Shown here piece by piece: positions 32,112-41,206 of a stretch of 64,000 bases of DNA. The DNA lies in assembly GCA_963746175.1 (NCBI GenBank), contig CAVVAH010000004.1:1349171-1413170 (forward strand). The letters run 5' to 3'. A model generated the notes under the pieces. It did not search any database, had not been told where the DNA came from, and saw only the letters and a list, made by a program, of their open reading frames with translations. The position numbers and the translations under genes are program-made. The DNA is from an uncultured Actinomycetota bacterium. GTDB lineage: Bacteria; Actinomycetota; Actinomycetes; JACCUZ01. Within the stretch, counting starts at the first letter, position 1, and every line of letters starts with the position of its first letter.

Positions 32112-32206
32112 CGCCAGTTGGCCGGTTGATCACGTGGACGTGATCAACCTCCACCGGTAGTGGTGAATTCACCGCGGTGAGATGGTGTTGATCACGGGAG
32201 CGTGAT
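32112..32206. promoter_or_regulatory. cluster of three palindromes in the topA-tmk intergenic region
   Basis: 26-bp GGTTGATCACGTGGACGTGATCAACC at 32112-32137, 12-bp GGTGAATTCACC at 32150-32161, and TGATCACG-ggag-CGTGATCA at 32187-32206. All are near-perfect dyads, 270-360 bp upstream of the tmk-fusion start. Confidence 0.3.
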
Positions 32207-32474
32207 CATTCTCAGCGAGGCAACGGATCAGGGACCGACGGCTGCCGGCCCGGCAGACGCAGCGTCCTCGTCCACGGCCGCTCTGACCGCCGGCCGGACG
32301 GCGGGCCAGCTTCTGGTCGGCCACCGGCGGCAAGCGTGACAGCAGCCGGACGGCGGGCCAGCCTCTGGTGGGACAACGGCGGCGCGGCTCGGCGGCAGGC
32401 GCCGTACGACCGTCGCCCGTGCGGCGGGCGGTGGTGGTCCAGGGCGCTGGATACGCTGACCACGTGAGGCCCCT

Positions 32475-35039
32475 GTGAGCACCGTCGTCGCGCCGCGCCA
32501 GCCGGTCAGCCCCGATCACGACCTGCGGGGCGTGCTGCGCATCGACGCGTTCCGCCGGCTGTGGACCGCTCTGTCGCTCTCCAGCCTCGGCGACTGGCTC
32601 GGCCTGCTGGCACTGACCGCCCTGGCGCCCCGGCTGGCCAAGGACGGCTACGCGGCACAGAACCTCGCGGTCGCGGGTGTCTTCATCCTCCGGCTGGCGC
32701 CGGCCATCCTGGTCGGACCGGTCGCCGGCGTCGTCGCCGACCGGCTGGACCGGCGCTGGACGATGGTGGTCTGCGACGTCTGCCGGTTCGCGCTGTTCCT
32801 CTCGATCCCGCTCGTCGGCACCCTCACCTGGCTGTTCGTCGCGACGTTCCTCATCGAGGTCTGCAGCCTGATGTGGATCCCCGCCAAGGAGGCGACCGTC
32901 CCCAACCTCGTCCCGCGGGAGCGGCTCGAGACGGCCAACCAGCTCAGCCTGTTCACGACGTACGGCTCGGCACCGGTCGCCGCGGCGCTGTTCGCCGGCC
33001 TCGCGCTGATCACCGGCATGATCGACAACTCCCTGCCGCAGATCGACGAGGCCGACCTCGCGCTCTACGTCAACGCCGCCACGTTCCTCGTCAGCGCGGC
33101 CACGATCTTCCGGCTCACGGACATCCCGGCCCGGGAGGCGATGGCGCGCGAGGACCGGCCCAGCTTCTGGCACACGCTCGTCGAGGGCTGGAAGTACGTC
33201 GGCCAGACGCCGCTGATCCGCGGCCTCGTCGTCGGCATGCTCGGGGCCTTCGCGGCCGGCGGAGCGGTGGTCGGGCTGGCGCGCACCTTCGTCACCGACC
33301 TCGGCGGCGGCGACCCGGGCTACGGCCTGCTGTTCGGCACGGTCTTCCTCGGGCTCGCGGCGGGCATGTTCCTCGGGCCGCGCCTGCTGCCCGACTTCAG
33401 CCGGCGCCGGCTCTTCGGCCTGTCGCTGGGCGGTGCCGGTCTCGCACTGGCGGTGCTGGCTCTCATCCCCCACCTCGTGGTCGCGGTGCTCGTGACGCTC
33501 GTGATCGGCGCCTTCGCCGGAGTGTCGTGGGTGACCGGCTACACCCTTCTCGGGCTCGAGGTCACCGACGCCCTGCGCGGCCGGACGTTCGCGTTCGTGC
33601 AGACCATGGCACGCGTCGTCCTGGTGCTGGTCCTCGCGGTGGCGCCGCTGCTGGCTGCCGCGATCGGACGGCACAAGATCGAGGTCACCGAGGCGATGAC
33701 GCTCACCTACAACGGTGCGGCGTTCGTCTTCCTGGCGGCCGGGCTGCTGGCGGCCGGCCTCGGCGTCGTCTCCTTCCGCCACATGGACGACCGGCGCGGC
33801 GTGCCGCTCGGCACCGACATCGCCGCCGCGTTCGCGTCCGAGCCGGTGGGGCGGCGGACGAGCGGCCCGCGGGAGGGCTTCTTCATCGCGCTCGAGGGCG
33901 GCGAGGGCGCCGGCAAGTCGACCCAGGCCCACGCGTTGCGCGGCTGGCTCGAGTCGCTCGGCCACGACGTCGTCGTGACGTTCGAGCCGGGTGCCACCGA
34001 GGTGGGCCGCCGGCTGCGCTCCGTGCTGCTCGACCACCCCGAAGCGGTCGAGGGCGGCGCCGGCGAGACGCCGGCACACCTGTCACCGCGCGCCGAGGCG
34101 CTGCTGTTCGCCGCCGACCGCGCCGAGCACGTGGCCACCGTGGTCCGGCCGGCTCTCGAGCTCGGCCACGTCGTCATCACCGACCGCTACCTCGACTCGT
34201 CGGTCGCCTACCAGGGCGCCGGCCGCGACCTGGCCGGCGCCGAGGTGGCGCGGCTGTCGCGCTGGGCCACCGACGGCCTGCTGCCGCACCTCACCGTGCT
34301 GCTCGACGTCCCGGCCGAGGCCGGGCTGGCCCGCGTCGACGCGCCGGACCGCCTCGAGTCCGAGCCGCGCGACTTCCACGACCGGGTCCGGGAGCGGTTC
34401 CTCGAGCTGGCCCGGCGAGGTGGTTCGCGCTACCTCGTCGTCGACGGCACCCGTCCCGCCGCCGAGATCACCGAGACCATCAAGGCGCGGCTCGAGCCGG
34501 TCCTCCCGCTCAGCGCGAGCCAGGTCGCCGACCTCGAGCGCCTGCGCGCGGAGCAGGCCGAGCGTGACCGGCTGGCGGCCGAGGCCAGCCGGCTGGAGGA
34601 GGCCCGGGCCCGGGCCGAGGCCGAGGAGCGCGCCAAGGCTCAGGAGGCGGCGGCGGAGGCCGCCCTGCGGCTCGCGGAGCAGGAGGCGGCGGTCGCGGCG
34701 GAGGAACGGCGGGTCCGCGAGGAGGCAGCGGCCGCCGAGCGCGCCCGGCTGGCCGCGCTGCACGACGCCGACGCGCTGCGGGCCCGCGAGGAGCACGCCC
34801 GGCTCCGCGCCCAGCACGCCGAGGAACGCCGCCAGCACAAGGAGCAGGCCCGCGCCGACCGCGAGGAGGCGCACCGCCGCCGGCGCGAGCACGGCGTCGC
34901 CGGAGACGACCCGCCGACCCGTGAGGTCAGCCTCGTCGACGAGCTGTTCGGTGCCGTCGACGACGACTCGTCGCCGGACTCCGCCGACGACCACACCGTG
35001 CAGCTGCCACGGGTCGAGCAGCGGCGCGACGACCGGTGA
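32475..35039 (+). CDS. tmk: bifunctional MFS transporter / thymidylate (dTMP) kinase fusion with ~170-aa Ala/Glu/Arg-rich coiled-coil C-terminal tail
   Basis: N-terminal ~440 aa is a 12-TM MFS domain. Tmk follows: P-loop EGGEGAGKST, DRY-like DRYLDSSVAYQG, and the lid region. The tail is RLEEARARAEAEERAKAQEAAAEAALRLAEQEAAVAAEERRVREE.... Streptomyces-like topA-tmk-holB order. Confidence 0.85.
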   Translation: MSTVVAPRQPVSPDHDLRGVLRIDAFRRLWTALSLSSLGDWLGLLALTALAPRLAKDGYAAQNLAVAGVFILRLAPAILVGPVAGVVADRLDRRWTMVVCDVCRFALFLSIPLVGTLTWLFVATFLIEVCSLMWIPAKEATVPNLVPRERLETANQLSLFTTYGSAPVAAALFAGLALITGMIDNSLPQIDEADLALYVNAATFLVSAATIFRLTDIPAREAMAREDRPSFWHTLVEGWKYVGQTPLIRGLVVGMLGAFAAGGAVVGLARTFVTDLGGGDPGYGLLFGTVFLGLAAGMFLGPRLLPDFSRRRLFGLSLGGAGLALAVLALIPHLVVAVLVTLVIGAFAGVSWVTGYTLLGLEVTDALRGRTFAFVQTMARVVLVLVLAVAPLLAAAIGRHKIEVTEAMTLTYNGAAFVFLAAGLLAAGLGVVSFRHMDDRRGVPLGTDIAAAFASEPVGRRTSGPREGFFIALEGGEGAGKSTQAHALRGWLESLGHDVVVTFEPGATEVGRRLRSVLLDHPEAVEGGAGETPAHLSPRAEALLFAADRAEHVATVVRPALELGHVVITDRYLDSSVAYQGAGRDLAGAEVARLSRWATDGLLPHLTVLLDVPAEAGLARVDAPDRLESEPRDFHDRVRERFLELARRGGSRYLVVDGTRPAAEITETIKARLEPVLPLSASQVADLERLRAEQAERDRLAAEASRLEEARARAEAEERAKAQEAAAEAALRLAEQEAAVAAEERRVREEAAAAERARLAALHDADALRAREEHARLRAQHAEERRQHKEQARADREEAHRRRREHGVAGDDPPTREVSLVDELFGAVDDDSSPDSADDHTVQLPRVEQRRDDR

Positions 35040-36250
35040 CGCAGGCCGCGACCACCGGGTCGGGCGTGTGGGCCGACCTGGTCGGCCAGGAGCCGACGGT
35101 GGCGGTGCTGCGCGCCGCCGCGGCGGCCGCGGCCGCCGTCCTGCGCGGCGAGCCCGGCACCGGCATGACCCACGCCTGGCTGTTCACCGGTCCGCCCGGC
35201 TCCGGCCGGTCGACGGCGGCCAGGGCGTTCGCCGCGGCGCTGCAGTGCCCGTACGGCGGGTGCGGCGACTGCGAGGCCTGCCACACCGCGCTGGCCGGCA
35301 CCCACGCCGACGTCGAGGTGGTCAACACCCGCAAGCTGTCGATCGGCGTCGACGACGCCCGCCAGATGGTGTCCCGCGCCGCCCGGCACCCCGCGGGCGG
35401 CCGCTGGCAGGTCCTGGTCGTCGAGGACGCCGACCGGCTGACCGACCAGGCGGGCAACGCGCTGCTGAAGGCGATCGAGGAGCCGACACCGCGCACCGTC
35501 TGGCTGCTCTGCGCCCCCGCCGTCGACGACGTGCTGCCCACGGTGCGGTCCCGCTGCCGCCACCTGTCGTTGCGTACGCCTCCGACGGCGGCCGTCGCCG
35601 AGGTGCTTCAGCGGCGGGACGGTGTCGACCCGGCCATGGCGTCGTTCGCCGCGCGGGCCGCGCAAGGACACATCGGCCGGGCCCGCCGGCTGGCCACCGA
35701 CGAGGACGCCCGGCTGCGGCGGCACGCGGTCCTGCGGCTGCCGCTGTCGTTGCACGAGCTCAGCGCTGCGTTGCGCGCCGCGGGCGACCTCGTCGACGCG
35801 GCGACCGCTGAGGCCGACGAGCAGGCGGCGACGCTGGCGACCTCGGAGGCCGACGACATGCGGCGGGGGCTCGGCGTCGGGGCCGGCGGCAAGCAGCCGG
35901 CCGGCGCCGCCGCGGCGCTCAAGGAGCTCGAGGGCGAGCAGAAGAAGCGGGCGACGCGGACCAAGCGGGACTCCATCGACCGCGCGCTGGTCGACCTGGC
36001 CGGGTTCTACCGCGACGTCCTCGCGGTGCAGGCGGGTGCAGACGTCGAGCTGGTCAACGAGGAGATGCGCGACGCCGTGTCGGGCATCGCCCGGTCATCC
36101 ACGGCGGAGCGGACGCTGCGCCGGATCGACGCGATACTCAAGGCAAGGATCGCGATCGGCGCGGCGACCGACCCTCGTACCGGTGTCCGCAAGAACGTCG
36201 CGCCGCTGCTCGCGGTGGAGGCGATGACCGTCACCCTTCGCCAGGGCTGA
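35036..36250 (+). CDS. holB: DNA polymerase III subunit delta'
   Basis: AAA+ clamp-loader P-loop GPPGSGRST, zinc module CPYGGCGDCEAC, SRC-like motif TVRSRC. GTG start overlaps the tmk stop. Confidence 0.85.
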   Translation: MTQAATTGSGVWADLVGQEPTVAVLRAAAAAAAAVLRGEPGTGMTHAWLFTGPPGSGRSTAARAFAAALQCPYGGCGDCEACHTALAGTHADVEVVNTRKLSIGVDDARQMVSRAARHPAGGRWQVLVVEDADRLTDQAGNALLKAIEEPTPRTVWLLCAPAVDDVLPTVRSRCRHLSLRTPPTAAVAEVLQRRDGVDPAMASFAARAAQGHIGRARRLATDEDARLRRHAVLRLPLSLHELSAALRAAGDLVDAATAEADEQAATLATSEADDMRRGLGVGAGGKQPAGAAAALKELEGEQKKRATRTKRDSIDRALVDLAGFYRDVLAVQAGADVELVNEEMRDAVSGIARSSTAERTLRRIDAILKARIAIGAATDPRTGVRKNVAPLLAVEAMTVTLRQG

Positions 36251-36320
36251 GCCCCGCTGCCCGCGGGGCGACCGTGACGTCTGGACCACCAAGCCGTGGA
36301 AGCGCCTCTCGCGGGACCGG

Positions 36321-38057
36321 TCAGGCCAGCGGGACGATCTCGGGAGCGCCGAGCCGGGCGGTGTCGGCCGACTGGTCGTCCGGCTGCTCCTGGGACAGCC
36401 GCTCCGCCTCCACCCGGGCCAGGTAGTGCTCGACCTCGCGCGCCACCTGGGCCTCGCTCCAGCCGAGGACCGGCGCCAGCAGGGCAGCGGCCACCGGCGC
36501 CGCCGTGACCCCCCGGTCGAACGTCTCGATCGAGATCCTCGTGCGCCGGGCCAGCACGTCGTCCAGGTGCCGGGCGCCCTCGGCCGCGGCCGAGTAGACG
36601 ACCTCGGCCCGCAGGTAGTCGTCGGCCCCCTCGAGCGGTTCGCCGAGGGTTGCGTCGTCGTCGACCAGGGCGAGCACCTCGTGCACCAGTGAGCCGTACC
36701 TGTGCAGCAGGTGCTCGAGCCGCGCGACGTGCAGACCGTGCCGGGTCGCCAGCCGGTGCCGCGCGTTCCACAGCGCCGCGTACCCGTCGGCGCCGACCAG
36801 CGGGACCCGGTCGGTGCAGCACTCCGGCACCTTGCCGTCGAGGCCGTGGCTGACCGCGTCGACGGCGTCCTTCGCCATCACCCGGTACGTCGTGTACTTG
36901 CCGCCCGCGACGACGACCAGGCCGGGCACCGGGTGGCCGACGGTGTGCTCGCGCGACAGCTTCGAGGTGGACTCCGACTCGCCGGACAGCAGCGGCCGCA
37001 GACCGGCGTACACGCCCTGGACGTCCTCGCGGGTGAGCGGCGTGACGAGAACCGCGTTGACGTTCTCGAGCAGGTAGTCGATGTCCCGGCTGGACGCCGC
37101 GGGGTGCGCCTTGCCGAGGTCCCAGTCGGTGTCCGTGGTGCCGATGATCCAGTGCCGTCCCCACGGGATGACGAACAGCACGCTGGTCTTGGTGCGCAGG
37201 ATCAGGCCGGTGCTGGACTGGATCCGGTCCCGCGGTACGACGAGGTGGACCCCCTTCGACGCGCGGACGTGGAACTGCCCGCGCTCGCCGGCCATCGCCT
37301 GGGTCATGTCGGTCCACACGCCGGTGGCGTTGACGACCTGGCGCGCGCGCACCTCGATCTCGGTGTCCGACTCGAAGTCGCGCACCCGCACTCCGGTCAC
37401 CCGCTCGCCCTCGCGGAGGAAGCCGATCACCCGCGCCCGGTTGGCGACGAGGGCGCCGTACGCCGCCGCGGTGCGCACAACCGACATCGTGTGCCGCGCG
37501 TCGTCGACCTGCGCGTCGTAGTACTGGATCGCGCCGACCAGTGCGTCCTTGCGCAGCGAGGGGCACTCGCGCAGGGCGCCGCGACGGGTGAGGTGACGGT
37601 GATGGGGCAGGCCGCGCGAGGTCCCCGACGACATCCCCATCGTGTCGTAGAGCGCCACGCCGGAACCGGCGTAGAGCCGCTCCCAGCCGCGGTGCTTGAG
37701 CGGGTAGAGGAACGGCACCGGGCGCACCAGGTGCGGCGCCAGCCGCTGCGTGAGCAGGCCGCGCTCGCGCAGCGCCTCGCGGACCAGGCCGAAGTCGAGC
37801 ATCTCGAGGTAGCGCAGGCCGCCGTGGATCAGCTTGCTGGACCGCGACGACGTGCCGGCCGCCCAGTCCCGGCCCTCGAACAGGGCGACGCTGAGTCCCC
37901 GCGTCACCGCGTCCAGCGCCACTCCCGCGCCCACGACGCCGCCGCCGATGACCACGACGTCGAGCTCCTCGCGCGGGGCCGCGTCCAGCGCCGCCTGCCG
38001 CTCCGCCGGCCCGAGCCGGCTCGTCGTCGCGAACGGTCCGACCGGGGTCTCGCGCAT
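36321..38057 (-). CDS. glpD: FAD-dependent glycerol-3-phosphate dehydrogenase
   Basis: Dinucleotide fold VVIGGGVVGAGVALDAVTRGLSVALFE and GlpD-typical KLIHGGLRYLE. ATG at 38055-38057. An alternative ATG at 38103-38105 would add 16 aa. Confidence 0.9.
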   Translation of the reverse strand: MRETPVGPFATTSRLGPAERQAALDAAPREELDVVVIGGGVVGAGVALDAVTRGLSVALFEGRDWAAGTSSRSSKLIHGGLRYLEMLDFGLVREALRERGLLTQRLAPHLVRPVPFLYPLKHRGWERLYAGSGVALYDTMGMSSGTSRGLPHHRHLTRRGALRECPSLRKDALVGAIQYYDAQVDDARHTMSVVRTAAAYGALVANRARVIGFLREGERVTGVRVRDFESDTEIEVRARQVVNATGVWTDMTQAMAGERGQFHVRASKGVHLVVPRDRIQSSTGLILRTKTSVLFVIPWGRHWIIGTTDTDWDLGKAHPAASSRDIDYLLENVNAVLVTPLTREDVQGVYAGLRPLLSGESESTSKLSREHTVGHPVPGLVVVAGGKYTTYRVMAKDAVDAVSHGLDGKVPECCTDRVPLVGADGYAALWNARHRLATRHGLHVARLEHLLHRYGSLVHEVLALVDDDATLGEPLEGADDYLRAEVVYSAAAEGARHLDDVLARRTRISIETFDRGVTAAPVAAALLAPVLGWSEAQVAREVEHYLARVEAERLSQEQPDDQSADTARLGAPEIVPLA

Positions 38058-38206
38058 GAGTCCGCACTGCCTTCCGGTGCCGGGGCTTGCTCGTCCGAGC
38101 GCCATCGTAGGTGGCGCGTTCCGCCGCCGTCGGGCCGTCCGCAGCCCGGCGGTTACCCTCGTGGGGGCTCGACCGACGGGTCCTGGGCGGACCCGGAGGA
38201 CCACGC

Positions 38207-39754
38207 ATGAGGCGAGCGCCACCCGGCCTCGCCCTGCTCCTCGCCCTCGTCCTCCCGGCCGTCCTGGTCGTCGGCTGCTCGTCCTCCGGCGGTGCCGCGA
38301 AGCCCCGCAGCGCGCCGTCCGCGTCGTCCGGCGGTCCGTCCGGCAGCAGCAGCGCGCCTGAGCCGCGGCTGGCGCGGTTCTACGAGCAGCAGCTCGACTG
38401 GCACGACTGCAGCGGTGGCTTCGAGTGCGCCCGGCTGACGGTGCCGGTCGACTACACCGAGCCGGCCCGCGCGACGATGCGCGTCGCGGTCAACCGGCTG
38501 CCGTCCTCCGGTGAGCACCGCGGCTCGCTCGTCGTGAACCCCGGCGGCCCCGGGGTCTCCGGGCTGCACTACGCGAGGTCTGCGAAGACCGCGGTGAGCC
38601 GGGCCGTCCGCGAGCACCACGACGTCGTCGGCTTCGACCCGCGCGGGGTCGGCGCCAGCCGGCCGATCGACTGCCTGACCGACCGGCAGCTGGACGCGTT
38701 CAACGCCCAGGACGGGACGCCCGACTCGCCGGCCGAGGAGGAGGGGCTGCTGGAGCAGGGCCGACTGATGGGCGACGGCTGCCAGCGGGACGACCCGGCG
38801 CTCGTCGGCCACATGGGCACCCGGGACGTGGCGCGCGACCTGGACGTGCTGCGCGCCGTCCTCGGCGACGACCGGCTGAGCTACCTCGGCAAGAGCTACG
38901 GGACCTACCTCGGGGCGATCTACGCCGACCTGTTCCCCGCGCGGGTCGGCCGCCTGGTCCTCGACGGGCCGCTCGACCCGTCGTCGTCCGACCTCGACAA
39001 CGCGCGGGCCCAGGCCGTCGGCTTCCAGCGGGCGCTCGACGCGTTCCTCGACGACTGCCTGCGACGGTCCTCCTGCCCGTTCCAGGGCTCCCGGGCGTCG
39101 GCCGAGCGGCGGCTGCAGGCGATGCTCGACGCCACCGACGCCCGACCGCTGAAGGGCACCGGCAGCCGGCCCGTGACCCAGGCGCTGGCGACCTACGGCG
39201 TCGCGGTCGCGTTGTACGACAAGGGCTACTGGCCGTTCCTGCGCGAGGCGCTGAGCCAGGCGCTGGAGGGCGACGGCCGGTCGTTGCTGCTGCTGTCCGA
39301 CCTGTACAACGATCGCGGCCCGGGCGGCAGGTACACGACGAACACCGGCGAGGCGATCTATGCCGTCAACTGCCTCGACCGTCCGGAGCGCGGCGACTTC
39401 GCGGCGTTCCGCGCCCAGGCCGCCGAGGTCGGCGCGGTCTCGCCGATCTTCGGCGGGTACATCGTCTGGGCGAACCTCACGTGCACCACCTGGCCGGTCC
39501 CGGCCGAGGGCGAGCCGGAGCCGGTGGACGCCGCCGGCGCGGCACCGATCCTGGTCGTCGGCACGACCCGCGACCCGGCCACGCCGTACGAGTCGGCGCA
39601 GGCGCTGGCCGAGCAGCTGGACTCCGGCCACCTGCTCACCTACGACGGCGACGGCCACACCGCGTACCGGCTCGGCAGCAGGTGCGTCGACACGGCCGTC
39701 GACGCCTACCTGCTCGACGGCACGGTGCCCGCCGACGGCGCCCGGTGCGGCTGA
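38207..39754 (+). CDS. secreted alpha/beta-hydrolase lipoprotein, S33 tripeptidyl-aminopeptidase-like
   Basis: Signal/lipobox LLLALVLPAVLVVGCSSSG, nucleophile elbow GKSYGT, C-terminal His region YDGDGHTAY. GGAGGA RBS 6 nt before the ATG at 38207. Confidence 0.8.
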   Translation: MRRAPPGLALLLALVLPAVLVVGCSSSGGAAKPRSAPSASSGGPSGSSSAPEPRLARFYEQQLDWHDCSGGFECARLTVPVDYTEPARATMRVAVNRLPSSGEHRGSLVVNPGGPGVSGLHYARSAKTAVSRAVREHHDVVGFDPRGVGASRPIDCLTDRQLDAFNAQDGTPDSPAEEEGLLEQGRLMGDGCQRDDPALVGHMGTRDVARDLDVLRAVLGDDRLSYLGKSYGTYLGAIYADLFPARVGRLVLDGPLDPSSSDLDNARAQAVGFQRALDAFLDDCLRRSSCPFQGSRASAERRLQAMLDATDARPLKGTGSRPVTQALATYGVAVALYDKGYWPFLREALSQALEGDGRSLLLLSDLYNDRGPGGRYTTNTGEAIYAVNCLDRPERGDFAAFRAQAAEVGAVSPIFGGYIVWANLTCTTWPVPAEGEPEPVDAAGAAPILVVGTTRDPATPYESAQALAEQLDSGHLLTYDGDGHTAYRLGSRCVDTAVDAYLLDGTVPADGARCG

Positions 39755-39811
39755 TCCGGGCCACCTCAGCCTGTAGACTTCCTCGCCGTGCCGCGACCCG
39801 TCGCGGCACTC

Positions 39812-39884
39812 GCCGCCTTAGCTCAGTCGGTAGAGCGTCTCACTCGTAATGAGAAGGTCGTCGGTTCGATTCCGACAGGCGGCT
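39812..39884 (+). tRNA. tRNA-Thr (anticodon CGT)
   Basis: Cloverleaf read by eye: acceptor GCCGCCT/AGGCGGC, D-arm GCTC-AGTCGGTA-GAGC, anticodon stem TCTCA/TGAGA with loop CTCGTAA, T-arm GTCGG-TTCGATT-CCGAC, discriminator T. CCA is not fully encoded. Confidence 0.85.
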
Positions 39885-40173
39885 CCGCCCAGCAACCCCA
39901 GTCTTCAGTCGCGTCGAGGCCCACCTCGTCATGAGAAGGTCGTCGGTTCGATTCCGACAGGCGGCTCCGCCCAGCAACCCCAGTCTTCAGTCGCGTCGAG
40001 GCCCACCTCGTCATGAGAAGGTCGTCGGTTCGATTCCGACAGGCGGCTCCGCCCAGCAACCCCAGTCTTCAGTCGCGTCGAGGCCCCACCTCGTCATGAG
40101 AAGGTCGTCGGTTCGATTCCGACAGGCGGCTCCGCCCAGCAACCCCAGTCTTCAGTCGCGTCGAGGCCCACCT
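39843..40173 (+). repeat. tandem array: four 82-83-bp units, each holding the 3' ~42 nt of tRNA-Thr plus the same 40-bp downstream segment (first unit is the intact tRNA's 3' half)
   Basis: Units start at 39843, 39925, 40007 and 40090 (CTCGT(A/C)ATGAGAAGGTCGTCGGTTCGATTCCGACAGGCGGCTCC + GCCCAGCAACCCCAGTCTTCAGTCGCGTCGAGGCCCACC). Copies 2-4 are identical to each other and differ from the tRNA at one anticodon-loop base (A>C). Copy 4 has an extra C. Confidence 0.9.
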
Positions 40174-40177
40174 CCGA

Positions 40178-40744
40178 TCAGGCGGGCTGGTCCACCTGCG
40201 GCCGCCAGGGCTCGTGCTCGTGCGCGAGCCAGACCGCCTCGGGATCGAGCGCGCGGACCAGCCGCTGGCCTTCGGTGCGCGGCTCGTCGAGGTCGGCGAA
40301 GAAGACCGCCGTGTCGCCAGCGATGACGACCGGAGGCCCGCCCGTCTCGACGACGACCACCTGCGAGCCTCGCGTGTGGCCCGGCGCCGGGACGAGCCGG
40401 AGCCCCGGCAGCACCTCGAGCTCGCCGTCGACCGGCACGTACTGCACGCCGGGCGCCTCGACCCACTCCCGGATCGTGTAGTCGTCCTGACTAAGCGCGT
40501 CGTCGAGCTCCCGGCGCTGGACGTAGATCGGCCGGCCGGCGAAGAGGTGGTTGCCGCCGCAGTGGTCGAAGTGCAGGTGCGTGTTGACGACCAGGTCGAT
40601 GCTGGCCAGGTCGACGTCGGCCTGCGCGCTCAGTGGGCTCAGACGCGGATCCATGTCGGCCACCGCCGGGTGCAGCTGCGTCATGCCGGTGTCGACGAGC
40701 ACGCGCCCGTCGGGATGGTCGATGACGTGCACGTAGACCGGCAT
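40178..40744 (-). CDS. MBL-fold metallo-hydrolase (AHL-lactonase/AiiA-like)
   Basis: HxHxDH zinc motif NTHLHFDHCGGN plus downstream His/Asp ligands (PGHTRGSQ, IAGDTAVFF). ATG at 40742-40744 gives a canonical MPVYVHVIDHPDGRVLVDTG start. The ORF could extend upstream to a GTG. Confidence 0.7.
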   Translation of the reverse strand: MPVYVHVIDHPDGRVLVDTGMTQLHPAVADMDPRLSPLSAQADVDLASIDLVVNTHLHFDHCGGNHLFAGRPIYVQRRELDDALSQDDYTIREWVEAPGVQYVPVDGELEVLPGLRLVPAPGHTRGSQVVVVETGGPPVVIAGDTAVFFADLDEPRTEGQRLVRALDPEAVWLAHEHEPWRPQVDQPA

Positions 40745-41206
40745 CCGCTCGCCCTCGGCGAGCAGCTCGGCCACGAGGACCGGGGTGACGGTCTGCGGCG
40801 AGCCCTCTCGTCCCGCGCTCTCACCCGTCCGGGGTCCCGGGTCACGCATCGCGGACAGCCTGTCCGGTCGCCGTGGTCCCGGCGCAGTCGCCGTCACCGA
40901 TGGTCAGGAACGTGGCCATGCTTGCTCGATTCCGTCGTGGGTGGGGCGCCGCGGGGCGCGGCTGCCAGCACTATGACGTCGCAGCCGCACCGATCTCATC
41001 GGTCGCCGAGGGCCGGCGTCGAGTCCACCCGCTCCGGCATGCGCGATTCTCCCTGGCCACGACGGAGGTGGATCGCGCATGTCTGTCATCTCCCGGCCCC
41101 GACCCCTGCAGCGACGATCCGGTGAGACCGGTCCGGTCCGGAGGGTTCTGCCCCTTTCGCTGGGGGTAGGTCCGCGGCGCCTGTCCGGTGTCGAGGAGGA
41201 CCCCCC

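Noticed and set aside
39843-40173. CRISPR array interpretation of the 82-bp repeats
   Set aside because: The spacer portions between the tRNA-derived segments are identical in every unit. There is no leader or cas gene, and the unit is tRNA-derived. It is a tandem duplication, not CRISPR.
39931-40326. 131-aa plus-strand ORF with the repeated peptide MRRSSVRFRQAAPPSNPSLQSRRGPP
   Set aside because: It is a pure artefact of translating the tandem tRNA-fragment repeats. There is no RBS, and it overlaps the MBL hydrolase 3' end.
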